A DNA stretch of 60,733 bases, counting the filler. It is 5 parts of 5 records of this genome, joined end to end, with 100 filler letters (N's around TTAATTAATTAA, not from the genome) between each part and the next. Parts side by side here need not be neighbours in the genome. Positions count along the whole stretch, not along the records: positions 1 to 8,445 come from SRR2962707_2086; 4 more parts are not named here. One strand, given 5' to 3'. The number at the start of each line of letters is the position of its first letter. Position 1 is the stretch's first letter. The notes beneath the pieces were generated by a model. That model was not told the DNA's origin, made no database searches, and saw only the letters and a list, made by a program, of their open reading frames with translations. A program made the position numbers and the translations under genes. Below, in pieces: positions 1-8,545 of the stretch.

Positions 1-657
1 GGTGCCATAGACCATGGCCGCATTGGCGCCATTGGTGCCCTGCGCGGCAGCCGCGATGGTGGCCGCAGTGTCACCACCCGAAAGAGTGATCAACTGGTCG
101 GGCGAGAGGGTGAAGCCATACACTTCCTGGAATTTGGGCAAAGCGGCCGGCGAGTTCACGAACTCGGCAGAAGCTGCCAGCACCACTTCGCCACCACCGG
201 CAACATATTCGCCGAACTGGGTGAAGGTATCCAGGCCATTGGCCTCGGCCATGTCCTGACGGATGGCCACGGCCCAGGTGTTGTTGGCGGGCGACGGCGT
301 CAGCCAGACGATCTGGTTGGCGTCGTAGTCGAGCTTTTTGGCTTCTTCATAGGCCGACTGGGCATTGTTCCAGAGCGGATCATCGGCCCGTTCAAAGAAG
401 AAGGCCGCATTGCCGGTATATTCGGGATAGATGTCGATCTCGCCCGCGGTGATGGCTTCGCGCACAATCGGCGTGCCACCGAGCTGGATCCGGTCTTCGA
501 CCGGAATGTCGTTGGCTTCGAGCACCTGCTTGATGATGTTGCCAAGAACACCGCCCTCAGTGTCGATCTTGGACGAGACGACCACCTGTGCCTGCGCGGC
601 GGTCATGGTCAATGCGAGTGCGGTGGCCGCACCCAATAGCGTTTTCGTTAGGCGCAT
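1..657 (-). CDS. osmF: OsmF/YehZ-family (glycine betaine/quaternary amine) ABC transporter substrate-binding protein, 3'-truncated by window edge
   Basis: Not in the ORF track. Manual translation from ATG at 657 (AAGGAGAG RBS upstream) gives signal peptide MRLTKTLLGAATALALTMTAAQA followed by VVVSSKIDTEGGVLGNII...GEIDIYPEYTGNAAFF, typical of YehZ/OsmF. Confidence 0.88.
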   Translation of the reverse strand, partial: MRLTKTLLGAATALALTMTAAQAQVVVSSKIDTEGGVLGNIIKQVLEANDIPVEDRIQLGGTPIVREAITAGEIDIYPEYTGNAAFFFERADDPLWNNAQSAYEEAKKLDYDANQIVWLTPSPANNTWAVAIRQDMAEANGLDTFTQFGEYVAGGGEVVLAASAEFVNSPAALPKFQEVYGFTLSPDQLITLSGGDTAATIAAAAQGTNGANAAMVYGT

Positions 658-712
658 GACTCTCTCCTTTGTGAGCCGGAAGTTTCCGGCTGTCCCTACC
701 CTGTAACCACTG

Positions 713-2296
713 TCAGTTCATGACAGTGGTTGGTTCAGTCCCCGTCTGTGGGCCGAGTGCAAAATACTCGTCCAACTCCATAATGGCGGAATGTAAAATC
801 AGTTCGCCAACAAAGTCATCGGACGCCAGAGCCGCTTCCACCGCCTCGACTTCTGCCGAGAGCGGACGGTCCTCGCGATAGAAGGCGGCGTGCCGGCGCA
901 CCAGCTCATAGACCATGCCCGGTACATTGCCCGGCGTGTCCCCCGAAATGTCCATGGCCTGGGCGGCGAGCAACCCCTCAAGGGCCGCCAGGCGTCGCAG
1001 GGCGCCCGCCTGACGTTCGAAACGCTCGACGACCAGCGGGAGAAAGGCCGCCTCATCCTCAAGACCATTGGCGACCACGAGAGACTGCGCGGAGATCGCA
1101 TTCGAAAGCGACAGGCAGCGCACGTACAACTCACCCGCCAGCTTGATGATTGGTCCAAACCCGGTTGCGATCGCCCCCGGCGCCACCAGGTTGACCGGCA
1201 GGTCCCGTCGGCCACCATTGCCCAGAAGCACGCAGCGATTGAAGGAATTGCGGGCCACATGGGCCAGCGCTAATTGGGCGGTCTGCAGAAACACCGTGAC
1301 ATCGAGCGGCAGCGAGCCGCCTGAGGTGAGCACCTGGCCGCCGGCGACCACCGGATTGTCGTCGGTGCGGCCCGTCGCAGCCAGAACTGTGCGGCCAGCA
1401 ACGGTCAGGCTTTCAAAGGCGGTGGCAAACACCTGGCTCATCATGCGGATCGAGAGCGGGTCCTGGACATGGGTGCCCGTGGGCCAGTCCCAGCCCATGG
1501 CGTTGAAATAGAGCCAGGCACCGACACCGGCCTCGCGCTCGGTGCCGACATGGGCCACCGCTTTCCAGGGATCGCGCGAGGCGCCCAGCGCCCCGGCCGT
1601 GGTCAGGCCGGTTGCCAGCAGCACGCGCACCGTGGTGGCGGCCTGGCGAATGGCCCGCATGGCGGCCGCATAGCCGACCGCATTGGTCGAGACCGAAGCG
1701 AGGCTGTCGCGCGGCGCCAGCTTGAAAGGCTTGAGGCCGGCGCGCGCCATGGCCTCGGCGGCCGGCAGACGCTCGCCGGAGTGGTAGGCTTCCCCAACCC
1801 CGGTCAAGACAGCGCCGATTTGCCCCATCAATCCGATATCGGCGCAGCCAATCGAACCCGTACGGCGCACGACCGGGATGACGTCCGCATCAAGCAGCCT
1901 TTGGAAGGCCGAGACCAGCTCAGGTGTGCAGCCGACGCGCCCGGTCAGGGCCATGTTGATCCGGATCGCCAGGGCGTTGCGGACCACCTCAAGCGGAAAG
2001 GCGCTGCCCGTGCCGAAGTGGTGGGCGCGCACCAGGCCCGTACTGAAGGCGTCAAGCTCTTCCTCGGACCAGGAAATATCCTTCATCGCCCCCACACCAG
2101 TGGTGGCCCCATAAACTGGCTGCCCGGAACTGATGGCGTCTTCCATGACTTCGCGGGCCTTGTGCACGCGCTCAAGCGCGGCGGGCTCGGGAACAATCAA
2201 CGCGCGGCGGGAGCCGATCCGGACATAATCAGCAAAGCTGAGTGGCTTGCCGTCAAGCCGGATCGTGTCGGTCGGTATGGTGATTTGCGCGTTCAC
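713..2296 (-). CDS. Aromatic amino acid lyase (HAL/PAL) family protein lacking the MIO motif; ergothionase-like ammonia/trimethylamine lyase
   Basis: Motifs PVYGATTGVG, QDPLSIR and TDDNP fit the HAL fold. GSIGCADI replaces GSxGASGD. Start set at GTG 2296 downstream of AAGGAG; the ORF track extends it to 2359. Confidence 0.8.
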   Translation of the reverse strand: MNAQITIPTDTIRLDGKPLSFADYVRIGSRRALIVPEPAALERVHKAREVMEDAISSGQPVYGATTGVGAMKDISWSEEELDAFSTGLVRAHHFGTGSAFPLEVVRNALAIRINMALTGRVGCTPELVSAFQRLLDADVIPVVRRTGSIGCADIGLMGQIGAVLTGVGEAYHSGERLPAAEAMARAGLKPFKLAPRDSLASVSTNAVGYAAAMRAIRQAATTVRVLLATGLTTAGALGASRDPWKAVAHVGTEREAGVGAWLYFNAMGWDWPTGTHVQDPLSIRMMSQVFATAFESLTVAGRTVLAATGRTDDNPVVAGGQVLTSGGSLPLDVTVFLQTAQLALAHVARNSFNRCVLLGNGGRRDLPVNLVAPGAIATGFGPIIKLAGELYVRCLSLSNAISAQSLVVANGLEDEAAFLPLVVERFERQAGALRRLAALEGLLAAQAMDISGDTPGNVPGMVYELVRRHAAFYREDRPLSAEVEAVEAALASDDFVGELILHSAIMELDEYFALGPQTGTEPTTVMN

Positions 2297-2346
2297 GTCG
2301 TCCGGGTCTCCTTGCAAGGGCGACGCTATTGGAAAATTTTGGACCA

Positions 2347-2358
2347 TGGGATATCCCA
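2347..2358. promoter_or_regulatory. Perfect palindrome TGGGATATCCCA in the divergent lyase/LysR intergenic region; candidate regulator site
   Basis: 12-bp perfect inverted repeat between two divergent starts (2296 and 2425). Confidence 0.35.
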
Positions 2359-2424
2359 AAAGCTGAACAGGCTATGTTCTATCTGTGGGCACGCCGGTTG
2401 AGTGCTCAACAAAGAGGCATCGAG

Positions 2425-3585
2425 ATGGACACTTCGACCTTGCTCCTGGTCGATATTGTTTTGCACCAGCGTAGTCTGCGCGGCGCAGCGCGGCATTCCG
2501 GCCGCCCTGCATCGAGCATCGCCGCGGCCCTGGCGCGCTGCGAAAGCGCGTTGTCGACCAGTCTTTGCCAGCGGGCCGGCTCGGGACTTGCCTTCACCCT
2601 CGAAGCCAATCGTCTCGCTCCATCGATCGCCGAGGCAGCCCAATTGGCGCGCTGCCTCTACGCCGCCGGGACCGATCCTTTCGCATCCACCGTCAGACTG
2701 CAAGCGCTGGGACGATTTGTTGAAGTGGCCGAACGCGGTTCCATCCGGCAGGCGGCGCGCGCGTTGATGCTGGGACAGCCCCAATTGTCCAGGCAGTTGG
2801 CCCATCTCGAAACCGCCCTCGGGCACAAGCTGCTCGAGCGGGGCACCGGGGGGACGGTGCTGACGGCAACGGGCGTGCGGCTCCGGGACGATTGCAGCCG
2901 ATTGCTGCAGCTCTGGGGGCAGATCTCGAGAACTTCCGAGGACCGGTTTCGCCGCGCCCAGTCCACCGTCAGGCTGGGCTCGATCATGCCGCTTGGCTAT
3001 GAAAGCGAGATCGCCCGGCAATTGGCCAAGCTGACGGCGAGTTGGGCCATGACCCGCCCCAAGCAACCGCTGTTCATCAGTTCCACCACGGCCGAGGAGC
3101 TGTTGCGGGGGCTCAAAAGCGGCGCTTTCGACGTGGTGCTGCTCGATACCGAGAGATTGCCCGAAGATCTTGAGGGCGCGCCCATAGCCGCGTCGGGCCT
3201 TGCCATTGTCGGCGCCAAAGGCACGGACATTGCCGCAGCGCTGCGAGACCGGCCGATTGCTTTGCCCAGTCACCGCAGCGGGTTGCGGCTGCGCATCGAC
3301 ACGCTTTTAGACATGACCTTCAGCGACGCCGAAAGAGACCAGCTGACCCTGCTCGAGATCGATTCCATTCCGGTCATACTCAACCTGGTGCTGCATTACG
3401 GCTTTGTCTCCGTCCTGCCGCTGGCTTCGGTCGCTTCGATCCGCCCGGACTTGCACTCTATCCCTCTGCCTTCGGCATTTGACATGCAATACTGGCTTTG
3501 CTGGCTCAAATCAGCGGGGCGCTCGGCGGCCGGAATGGCGGTGCTTGAAGCGATCGAGCGTGCAACCATGCCCGCGCGCCATTGA
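2425..3585 (+). CDS. LysR-family transcriptional regulator with two tandem N-terminal HTH domains
   Basis: HTH1 RSLRGAARHSGRPASSIAAALARCESAL and HTH2 FVEVAERGSIRQAARALMLGQPQLSRQLAHLETALG, then a substrate-binding domain. GAGG RBS before ATG 2425. Confidence 0.85.
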   Translation: MDTSTLLLVDIVLHQRSLRGAARHSGRPASSIAAALARCESALSTSLCQRAGSGLAFTLEANRLAPSIAEAAQLARCLYAAGTDPFASTVRLQALGRFVEVAERGSIRQAARALMLGQPQLSRQLAHLETALGHKLLERGTGGTVLTATGVRLRDDCSRLLQLWGQISRTSEDRFRRAQSTVRLGSIMPLGYESEIARQLAKLTASWAMTRPKQPLFISSTTAEELLRGLKSGAFDVVLLDTERLPEDLEGAPIAASGLAIVGAKGTDIAAALRDRPIALPSHRSGLRLRIDTLLDMTFSDAERDQLTLLEIDSIPVILNLVLHYGFVSVLPLASVASIRPDLHSIPLPSAFDMQYWLCWLKSAGRSAAGMAVLEAIERATMPARH

Positions 3586-3625
3586 TTGTGCCTGCTAGGA
3601 GCGCCGGACAAGGAGAACATGTGCC

Positions 3626-5017
3626 ATGACGAAGACCTTTGATGCGATCATCATCGGAGCGGGTCAAGCTGGTCCGCCCTTGGCAGCGCGCTTGACGGCG
3701 GCGGGCCGAACCGTCGCGCTGATAGAACGCGAACAGGTCGGCGGGACTTGCGTCAACACGGGCTGCACCCCGACCAAGGCATTGGTGGCCAGCGCAAAGA
3801 TCGCCCATTCGGTTGCCCATGCCAAAGAATACGGGATCAGTATCGGGGCGCCCCCGGAGGTTGATTTCAACGCCGTGCTGCGCCGTGCCATGGCAATCAG
3901 TGCCAAGTCCCGCAGTAGTGTCGAGGCCTGGCTGGACGGCATGAGCGGGCTGTCGCTGGTGCGCGGCCATGCGCGCTTTACCGGGCCCAAGCGCATCAGC
4001 GTGGGCGGCGACAGCTATGAGGCGGATCAGATTTTTCTCAATGTCGGCGCGCGTGCCGCCATTCCCGATATGCCAGGTCTGGATCAGGTCGATGTGCTGT
4101 CCAATTCGGACCTGTTCTGGCTCAAGGAGCGCCCCGAGCATCTCGTGGTTGTCGGCGGCAGCTATATCGGGCTCGAGTTTGCGCAGATGTTCCGGCGCTT
4201 CGGGTCTGGTGTCACCATTGTCGAGCGCGGGCCGCATCTGGCCGGCAAGGAAGATGCAGAGATTTCCGAGGCGATCCGCGCCGTGCTGGAAGCCGAAGGC
4301 ATTGCGGTGCGGACCAATGCCGAGTGTATCCACTTTTCGCGCTCGGAGACCGGGCCCGTGGTGGGGGTGGACTGCACATCCGGTGAACCCGAAATTGCCG
4401 GCTCCCATATCCTGCTTGCGGTCGGCCGCCAGCCCAATACCGACGATCTGGGTCTCGAACAAACGGGGGTGGAACGCGACAAGCGCGGCTTTGTCCGGGT
4501 CAATGATCGTCTGGAAACCAACATCCCCGGCATCTGGGCCCTGGGAGACTGTAACGGGAAAGGCGCCTTCACCCATACCTCGTATAATGACTTTGAGATT
4601 GTTGCGTCCAACTTGCTCGATGGCGGCGCCCGCAAGGTCTCGGACCGTGTCATGAGCTACGGTCTTTACATTGACCCGCCGCTGGGCCGCACCGGGCTGT
4701 CGGAGGCCGAGGCCCTCGCGAAGGGCCACAAGGTCCTGACCGGCAAACGCCCGATGACCCGGGTGGGCCGCGCCGTCGAAAAGGGTGAAACGCAAGGTCT
4801 GATGAAGATTGTCGTCGACGCCGATACCCGCGCAATCCTGGGCGGCGCGATATTCGGACCGGGGGGCGATGAAGCGATCCATTCCATCCTGGACATGATC
4901 CAGATGGGAGCAAGGGTCGATGCGCTCACCAACACCATGCACATCCACCCCACGGTCGCTGAATTGGTCCCCACCATTGCGGGCGAACTGGCCCCTGCTA
5001 TAGACGCAAGGCAGTAG
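3626..5017 (+). CDS. FAD-dependent pyridine nucleotide-disulfide oxidoreductase (class I; MerA/Lpd-like)
   Basis: GAGQAG FAD motif, GGTCVNTGCTP redox disulfide, GGSYIGLE NAD(P) motif and C-terminal HPTVAE. Confidence 0.9.
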   Translation: MTKTFDAIIIGAGQAGPPLAARLTAAGRTVALIEREQVGGTCVNTGCTPTKALVASAKIAHSVAHAKEYGISIGAPPEVDFNAVLRRAMAISAKSRSSVEAWLDGMSGLSLVRGHARFTGPKRISVGGDSYEADQIFLNVGARAAIPDMPGLDQVDVLSNSDLFWLKERPEHLVVVGGSYIGLEFAQMFRRFGSGVTIVERGPHLAGKEDAEISEAIRAVLEAEGIAVRTNAECIHFSRSETGPVVGVDCTSGEPEIAGSHILLAVGRQPNTDDLGLEQTGVERDKRGFVRVNDRLETNIPGIWALGDCNGKGAFTHTSYNDFEIVASNLLDGGARKVSDRVMSYGLYIDPPLGRTGLSEAEALAKGHKVLTGKRPMTRVGRAVEKGETQGLMKIVVDADTRAILGGAIFGPGGDEAIHSILDMIQMGARVDALTNTMHIHPTVAELVPTIAGELAPAIDARQ

Positions 5018-5081
5018 GGGCCGCCTTTACAGCCGTTCCGGGCCCAGCCTCAAGCTCTGCGAATCGGGATAGGTTCGGCGC

Positions 5082-5693
5082 ATGGTGGATCATCTTTGTC
5101 ACGCAGGGGCCGGTCGGGACGCGCAGGAGCGGGTGCTGGTCGAGATTCTGCGCGGACAGCCGCATCTGATGGCAATTCTGGAAGGCATGCAGGCGCTGGA
5201 CCTGCCTGATCCGCTGCTGGGATCGGGTGCGATCTACAACACTGTCTGGAATGTGCTGACCGGGCGGCCGGTGCTGACGGGCATCAATGATGCCGATGTG
5301 GTCTATTTCGACGATAACGATCTCAGCTATGAGGCTGAGGATCGGGTGATCCGGCGCGTGGAGCATCACTTCCGCGACCTGCCGATACCTGTGCAGGTGC
5401 GTAATCAGGCACGGGTGCATCTGTGGTTTCCAGAGCGGTTCGGCATGGCCTATCCGCAATTGCACTCGAGCGCCGAGATGATGCTGTTTTTCGCGACCAG
5501 GACGCATGCTGTGGCGGCGCGGCTCGAGCCGGATGAGACGATATCGATCCACGCGCCCTTTGGGCTCGATGACATGTTTTCATTCCGGGTGACGCCCAAT
5601 CCGGCCTTGCCGAACCGGGAGACGCATGAGCACAAGGCGGCGCGCGCCAAGGCGATCTGGCCCGAATTGAGCGTAGTGCCATGGCCGGACTAG
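5082..5693 (+). CDS. DUF925 nucleotidyltransferase-family protein
   Basis: GAIYNTVWNVLTG, DADVVYFD, VRNQARVHLW and APFGLDD motifs. Confidence 0.8.
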   Translation: MVDHLCHAGAGRDAQERVLVEILRGQPHLMAILEGMQALDLPDPLLGSGAIYNTVWNVLTGRPVLTGINDADVVYFDDNDLSYEAEDRVIRRVEHHFRDLPIPVQVRNQARVHLWFPERFGMAYPQLHSSAEMMLFFATRTHAVAARLEPDETISIHAPFGLDDMFSFRVTPNPALPNRETHEHKAARAKAIWPELSVVPWPD

Positions 5694-5874
5694 AGGCAGT
5701 TTCGTCTGCTTTGCTCGCTATGAGGCCTGCGGCGGCCGCACACCCAGCCTGCTCGATTCAACGGACTTAGCTCTCGCTCAGTCCTATCTCGCTTCCCTGC
5801 CCACAAGTGGAGGAGAGGCAGGAGCCGATGTCTTAGGCACAGGGTTTTGACCAGACACGGTTCGGCTTGGCGCC

Positions 5875-6288
5875 TCAGGGCGTCGGTTCGATGACCACCG
5901 AAGGGGCGGAGCGGGTGCTGGGGCCGTGGAAGACGGCTTCGATATTGTTGCCATCGGGATCGAGCACGAAGCAGGCGTAATAGCCAGGATGATAGTAGCG
6001 CTCGCCGGGCGCGCCATAGTCCGTGCCGCCGGCGGCGAGGGCCGCCTTGTGGAAGGCGTCGACGGTTTCGCGGTCCTTGGCCTGGAAAGCCAGATGAATA
6101 TGGCTGGGGGTCGCGCGGGCATCGAGCCCGTCGACAAACAATTCATCGACCTGGAACCAGCCCTCGCCGCGCGCGGTGATGGCAATGCCGAGAACCGCCA
6201 GGGTGTTTTCGTAAAAATGGCGGGCAGCGGCGACATTGCGGGCGCGCAGATGCACGTGATCGATGAGCCGGCCGGTGTGAAATTGCAT
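5875..6288 (-). CDS. VOC/glyoxalase family protein
   Basis: GRLIDHVHL, HLAFQA, FHKAALAAGGTDYGAPG and YYACFVLDPDGNNIEAV. Confidence 0.9.
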   Translation of the reverse strand: MQFHTGRLIDHVHLRARNVAAARHFYENTLAVLGIAITARGEGWFQVDELFVDGLDARATPSHIHLAFQAKDRETVDAFHKAALAAGGTDYGAPGERYYHPGYYACFVLDPDGNNIEAVFHGPSTRSAPSVVIEPTP

Positions 6289-6373
6289 CAGGAACTCCAG
6301 GTGAATTGGGCAAAACAAAACCGCCCGGACAATGCCCGAGCGGCTGGACGGGATCCGTCAGCAATATTCTGGT

Positions 6374-6859
6374 TTATTCGGCTTCGTCGGCCGGGGCCGA
6401 ATTGAGCTGGCCGTATTTTTCCGCGCCGATCTTGTCGAGCAGTTCGAGCTGGGTTTCCAGGAAGTCGATATGACCTTCCTCGTCGGCCAGCAGCTCCTCG
6501 AACAGGTTCTTGGAGACATAATCGCCCAGCTCTTCGCAGAGCTCACGGCTGGCCTTGTAGGCCGCGCGGGCGTCATATTCGCCGGCGAGGTCCGCCTCAA
6601 GCACTTCCTTGATGGTCTGGCCGATGCGCAGGGGGGCGACCCGCTGCAGATTGGGGTGGCCTTCAAGGAAGATGATGCGCTCGATGAGCTTGTCGGCGTG
6701 GTGCATTTCTTCAATGGATTCGGCGCGTTCCTTGGACGCGAGGCGCTTATAGCCCCAATCGTCCAGCAGGCGGTAATGCACCCAATATTGGTTGACTGCG
6801 CCGAGCTCGAGGAAAAGGGCCTCGTTAAGCCGCTCGATGACTTGTGCTTCGCCTTTCAC
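6374..6859 (-). CDS. bfr: Bacterioferritin
   Basis: GTG start at 6859 (GGAG RBS), 161 aa. Motifs [18 protein letters not shown] and [10 protein letters not shown] are ferroxidase/heme ligands. Confidence 0.95.
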   Translation of the reverse strand: MKGEAQVIERLNEALFLELGAVNQYWVHYRLLDDWGYKRLASKERAESIEEMHHADKLIERIIFLEGHPNLQRVAPLRIGQTIKEVLEADLAGEYDARAAYKASRELCEELGDYVSKNLFEELLADEEGHIDFLETQLELLDKIGAEKYGQLNSAPADEAE

Positions 6860-7136
6860 GACGTACTCCGTTCCGTTGCTTTTTGAGCTTTTCCAGCCCC
6901 GACTGGAGTTCGACCAGTTCGGCAGGCTGATGGGCTTGCTGTGCGTGATAATTTTCGGTGACGCGGACGATAATGTCCACCACATTCGGCACACAGCCGG
7001 AGCATTTCGCACGTCGATTGAGTTCTGCATAGACCTTTGCAGGCACAACAAGCTGCCACGGATCGGCCTTGAGGAGGTCGAGCACGATATCCTCGATCTC
7101 TCTCGAGGTGATCATATTGCACTGGCAGACAAGCAT
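6825..7136 (-). CDS. bfd: Bacterioferritin-associated ferredoxin (BFD-like [2Fe-2S])
   Basis: MLVCQCN...KCSGC cysteine pattern; directly upstream of and overlapping bfr. Confidence 0.88.
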   Translation of the reverse strand: MLVCQCNMITSREIEDIVLDLLKADPWQLVVPAKVYAELNRRAKCSGCVPNVVDIIVRVTENYHAQQAHQPAELVELQSGLEKLKKQRNGVRRERRSTSHRAA

Positions 7137-7168
7137 GGCGGGGCTATATCAGGTTCTCAACGGGCGGG

Positions 7169-7202
7169 AATAAACGCCGCTCATTCCTGAATGTCAACGT
7201 CA
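7169..7202 (-). promoter_or_regulatory. Sigma70 promoter of bfd-bfr overlapped by a TGA-N9-TCA (IRO/RirA-like) box
   Basis: Minus strand TTGACA (7197-7192), 17-nt spacer, TTTATT (7174-7169). TGA-atgtcaacg-TCA lies at 7188-7202. Confidence 0.55.
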
Positions 7203-7312
7203 TAAATTGCCACGCTGTTCAACTTTGGCGGCGCGTTGGCCGGCTTGGATGCGGCGCGAAACTCATTGCGGGCTGCTGCGTAATTAAGGGACACAGTCCC
7301 GGGAGCAGACCG

Positions 7313-8176
7313 ATCCAATTCGCAGATATCATCAGTGCACTGGTCCCCAAGGACAGAACATCGCGACGCGTTGCCGGCGGATTGTCCTATGGTGCGGGAC
7401 CTCGCCGGAAACTCGACCTGTACGGGCCACGCCAACGCGGTGAGGCACCCCTGCCGGTTGTGGTGTTCTTCTATGGCGGCGCGTGGAACTCGGGCAGTCG
7501 CACCCATTATGGCTTTGCCGCGCGGGCGCTGGCGGCAATGGGCTATCTGGTCGTGGTGCCGGACTATCGGCTGGTACCGGAAATCGAATATCCCGCATTT
7601 GTGAAGGATTGCGCGGCGGCCATGGCCTGGGTCAGCGATCATATCGCCGCCTATGGCGGCGACCCGGCGCGCCTGGTTCTGGCCGGACATTCGGCCGGCG
7701 CCTATAATGCCGCCTGCCTGGCGCTCGATCCGCGCTGGCTGGGGCCTGAACTGCGCAACGCGATAGTGGGCCTGATCGGCCTTTCCGGTCCCTATGATTT
7801 CTATCCTTTTGACGGGCCGATATCGCAACGCGTTTTCGGCAAGGCCGATAATCCGCGCCAGACCCAGCCGATCAACCATGTCGGGCCCGATGCGGTGCCG
7901 ACGCTACTGGTCAGCGGTGGGCGGGATCGATTGGTGCTGCCGCGCAACAGCGTCAATCTGAGCGCGGCATTGCAGGCGTTCGGCGTGCCGGCAACGCTGC
8001 GGCTCTATCCTCGCCTCGGCCACGCCGGCATCTTGTTCTGCCTCAGCCTGCCACTGCGCTGGATGGCGCCGGTGCTGAAGGATTGCCGCGCCTTTCTGGC
8101 TGAAGTCACAAATCCCGGGATGGGGCCGGGCGATCCGACCGCGCCGGAGCATCGCGCCGCAGCCGCGCGGCAATGA
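7313..8176 (+). CDS. Alpha/beta hydrolase (HSL/BD-FAE-like esterase); start uncertain
   Basis: FFYGGAW oxyanion loop, GHSAG nucleophile elbow, D..V and GH. The first standard start is TTG 7382, but the frame stays open and homolog-like back to ATC 7313. Confidence 0.82.
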   Translation: MQFADIISALVPKDRTSRRVAGGLSYGAGPRRKLDLYGPRQRGEAPLPVVVFFYGGAWNSGSRTHYGFAARALAAMGYLVVVPDYRLVPEIEYPAFVKDCAAAMAWVSDHIAAYGGDPARLVLAGHSAGAYNAACLALDPRWLGPELRNAIVGLIGLSGPYDFYPFDGPISQRVFGKADNPRQTQPINHVGPDAVPTLLVSGGRDRLVLPRNSVNLSAALQAFGVPATLRLYPRLGHAGILFCLSLPLRWMAPVLKDCRAFLAEVTNPGMGPGDPTAPEHRAAAARQ

Positions 8177-8445
8177 CGGCCGCCGAGGCGGCGGTGCGAT
8201 GGGCCGAGGAAAAGAATTCGCGATGCGCCAGGATCAGCACGGTAACCAGGCACGCCGCAATCGCCAGCCATTCGGACACGAACCAGGCAACGGTAGCGAC
8301 GGAAAAATAATAGGCCCGGATGCCGGAATTGAAATTGCGGGCACCCAGCCCGTTCATCTGGGCGATGGCGTCAATTTCTTCTTCAGTGGCGTCCCGATCA
8401 TGTTCGAGGGCGCCGAGCATGATGCAGAAATGGTTGAACTGGCGC
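8106..8445 (-). CDS. DUF599 family membrane protein, C-terminal fragment
   Basis: RQFNHFCIMLG...NFNSGIRAYYFS..WF..ILAHREFFS; 5' part lost at the contig end. Confidence 0.75.
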
Positions 8446-8545
8446 NNNNNNNNNNNNNNNNNNNNNNNNNNNNNNNNNNNNNNNNNNNNTTAATTAATTA
8501 ANNNNNNNNNNNNNNNNNNNNNNNNNNNNNNNNNNNNNNNNNNNN
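8446..8545. other. Artificial contig spacer
   Basis: N44-TTAATTAATTAA-N44 with stops in all six frames. Confidence 0.98.

Noticed and set aside
674-691. Hairpin AGCCGGAA-GT-TTCCGGCT between the lyase and the binding protein
   Set aside because: No U-tract; at most an mRNA-stabilising stem, too short to call.
713-2296. Annotation as histidine ammonia-lyase (hutH)
   Set aside because: The MIO-forming ASG is absent and no hut genes are adjacent.
3506-4948. 480-aa minus-strand ORF
   Set aside because: Antisense shadow of the oxidoreductase in GC-rich DNA; no motifs.
3626-5017. Mercuric reductase merA
   Set aside because: No C-terminal Cys-Cys, no NmerA domain and no mer operon genes.
5082-5693. 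Nucleotidyltransferase as a defence or toxin-antitoxin system (CBASS, MNT-HEPN)
   Set aside because: Ordinary stand-alone DUF925 motifs, with no effector or HEPN partner nearby.
5780-5825. Imperfect palindrome resembling rhizobial intergenic repeats
   Set aside because: Single degenerate copy in this window; cannot be supported.
8106-8176. 71-nt convergent overlap of the esterase and DUF599 3' ends
   Set aside because: Non-conserved-looking tails; common in GC-rich genomes.
8490-8501. TTAATTAATTAA recurring four times, resembling a repeat array
   Set aside because: Synthetic six-frame-stop linker inside N runs; not biological and not CRISPR.
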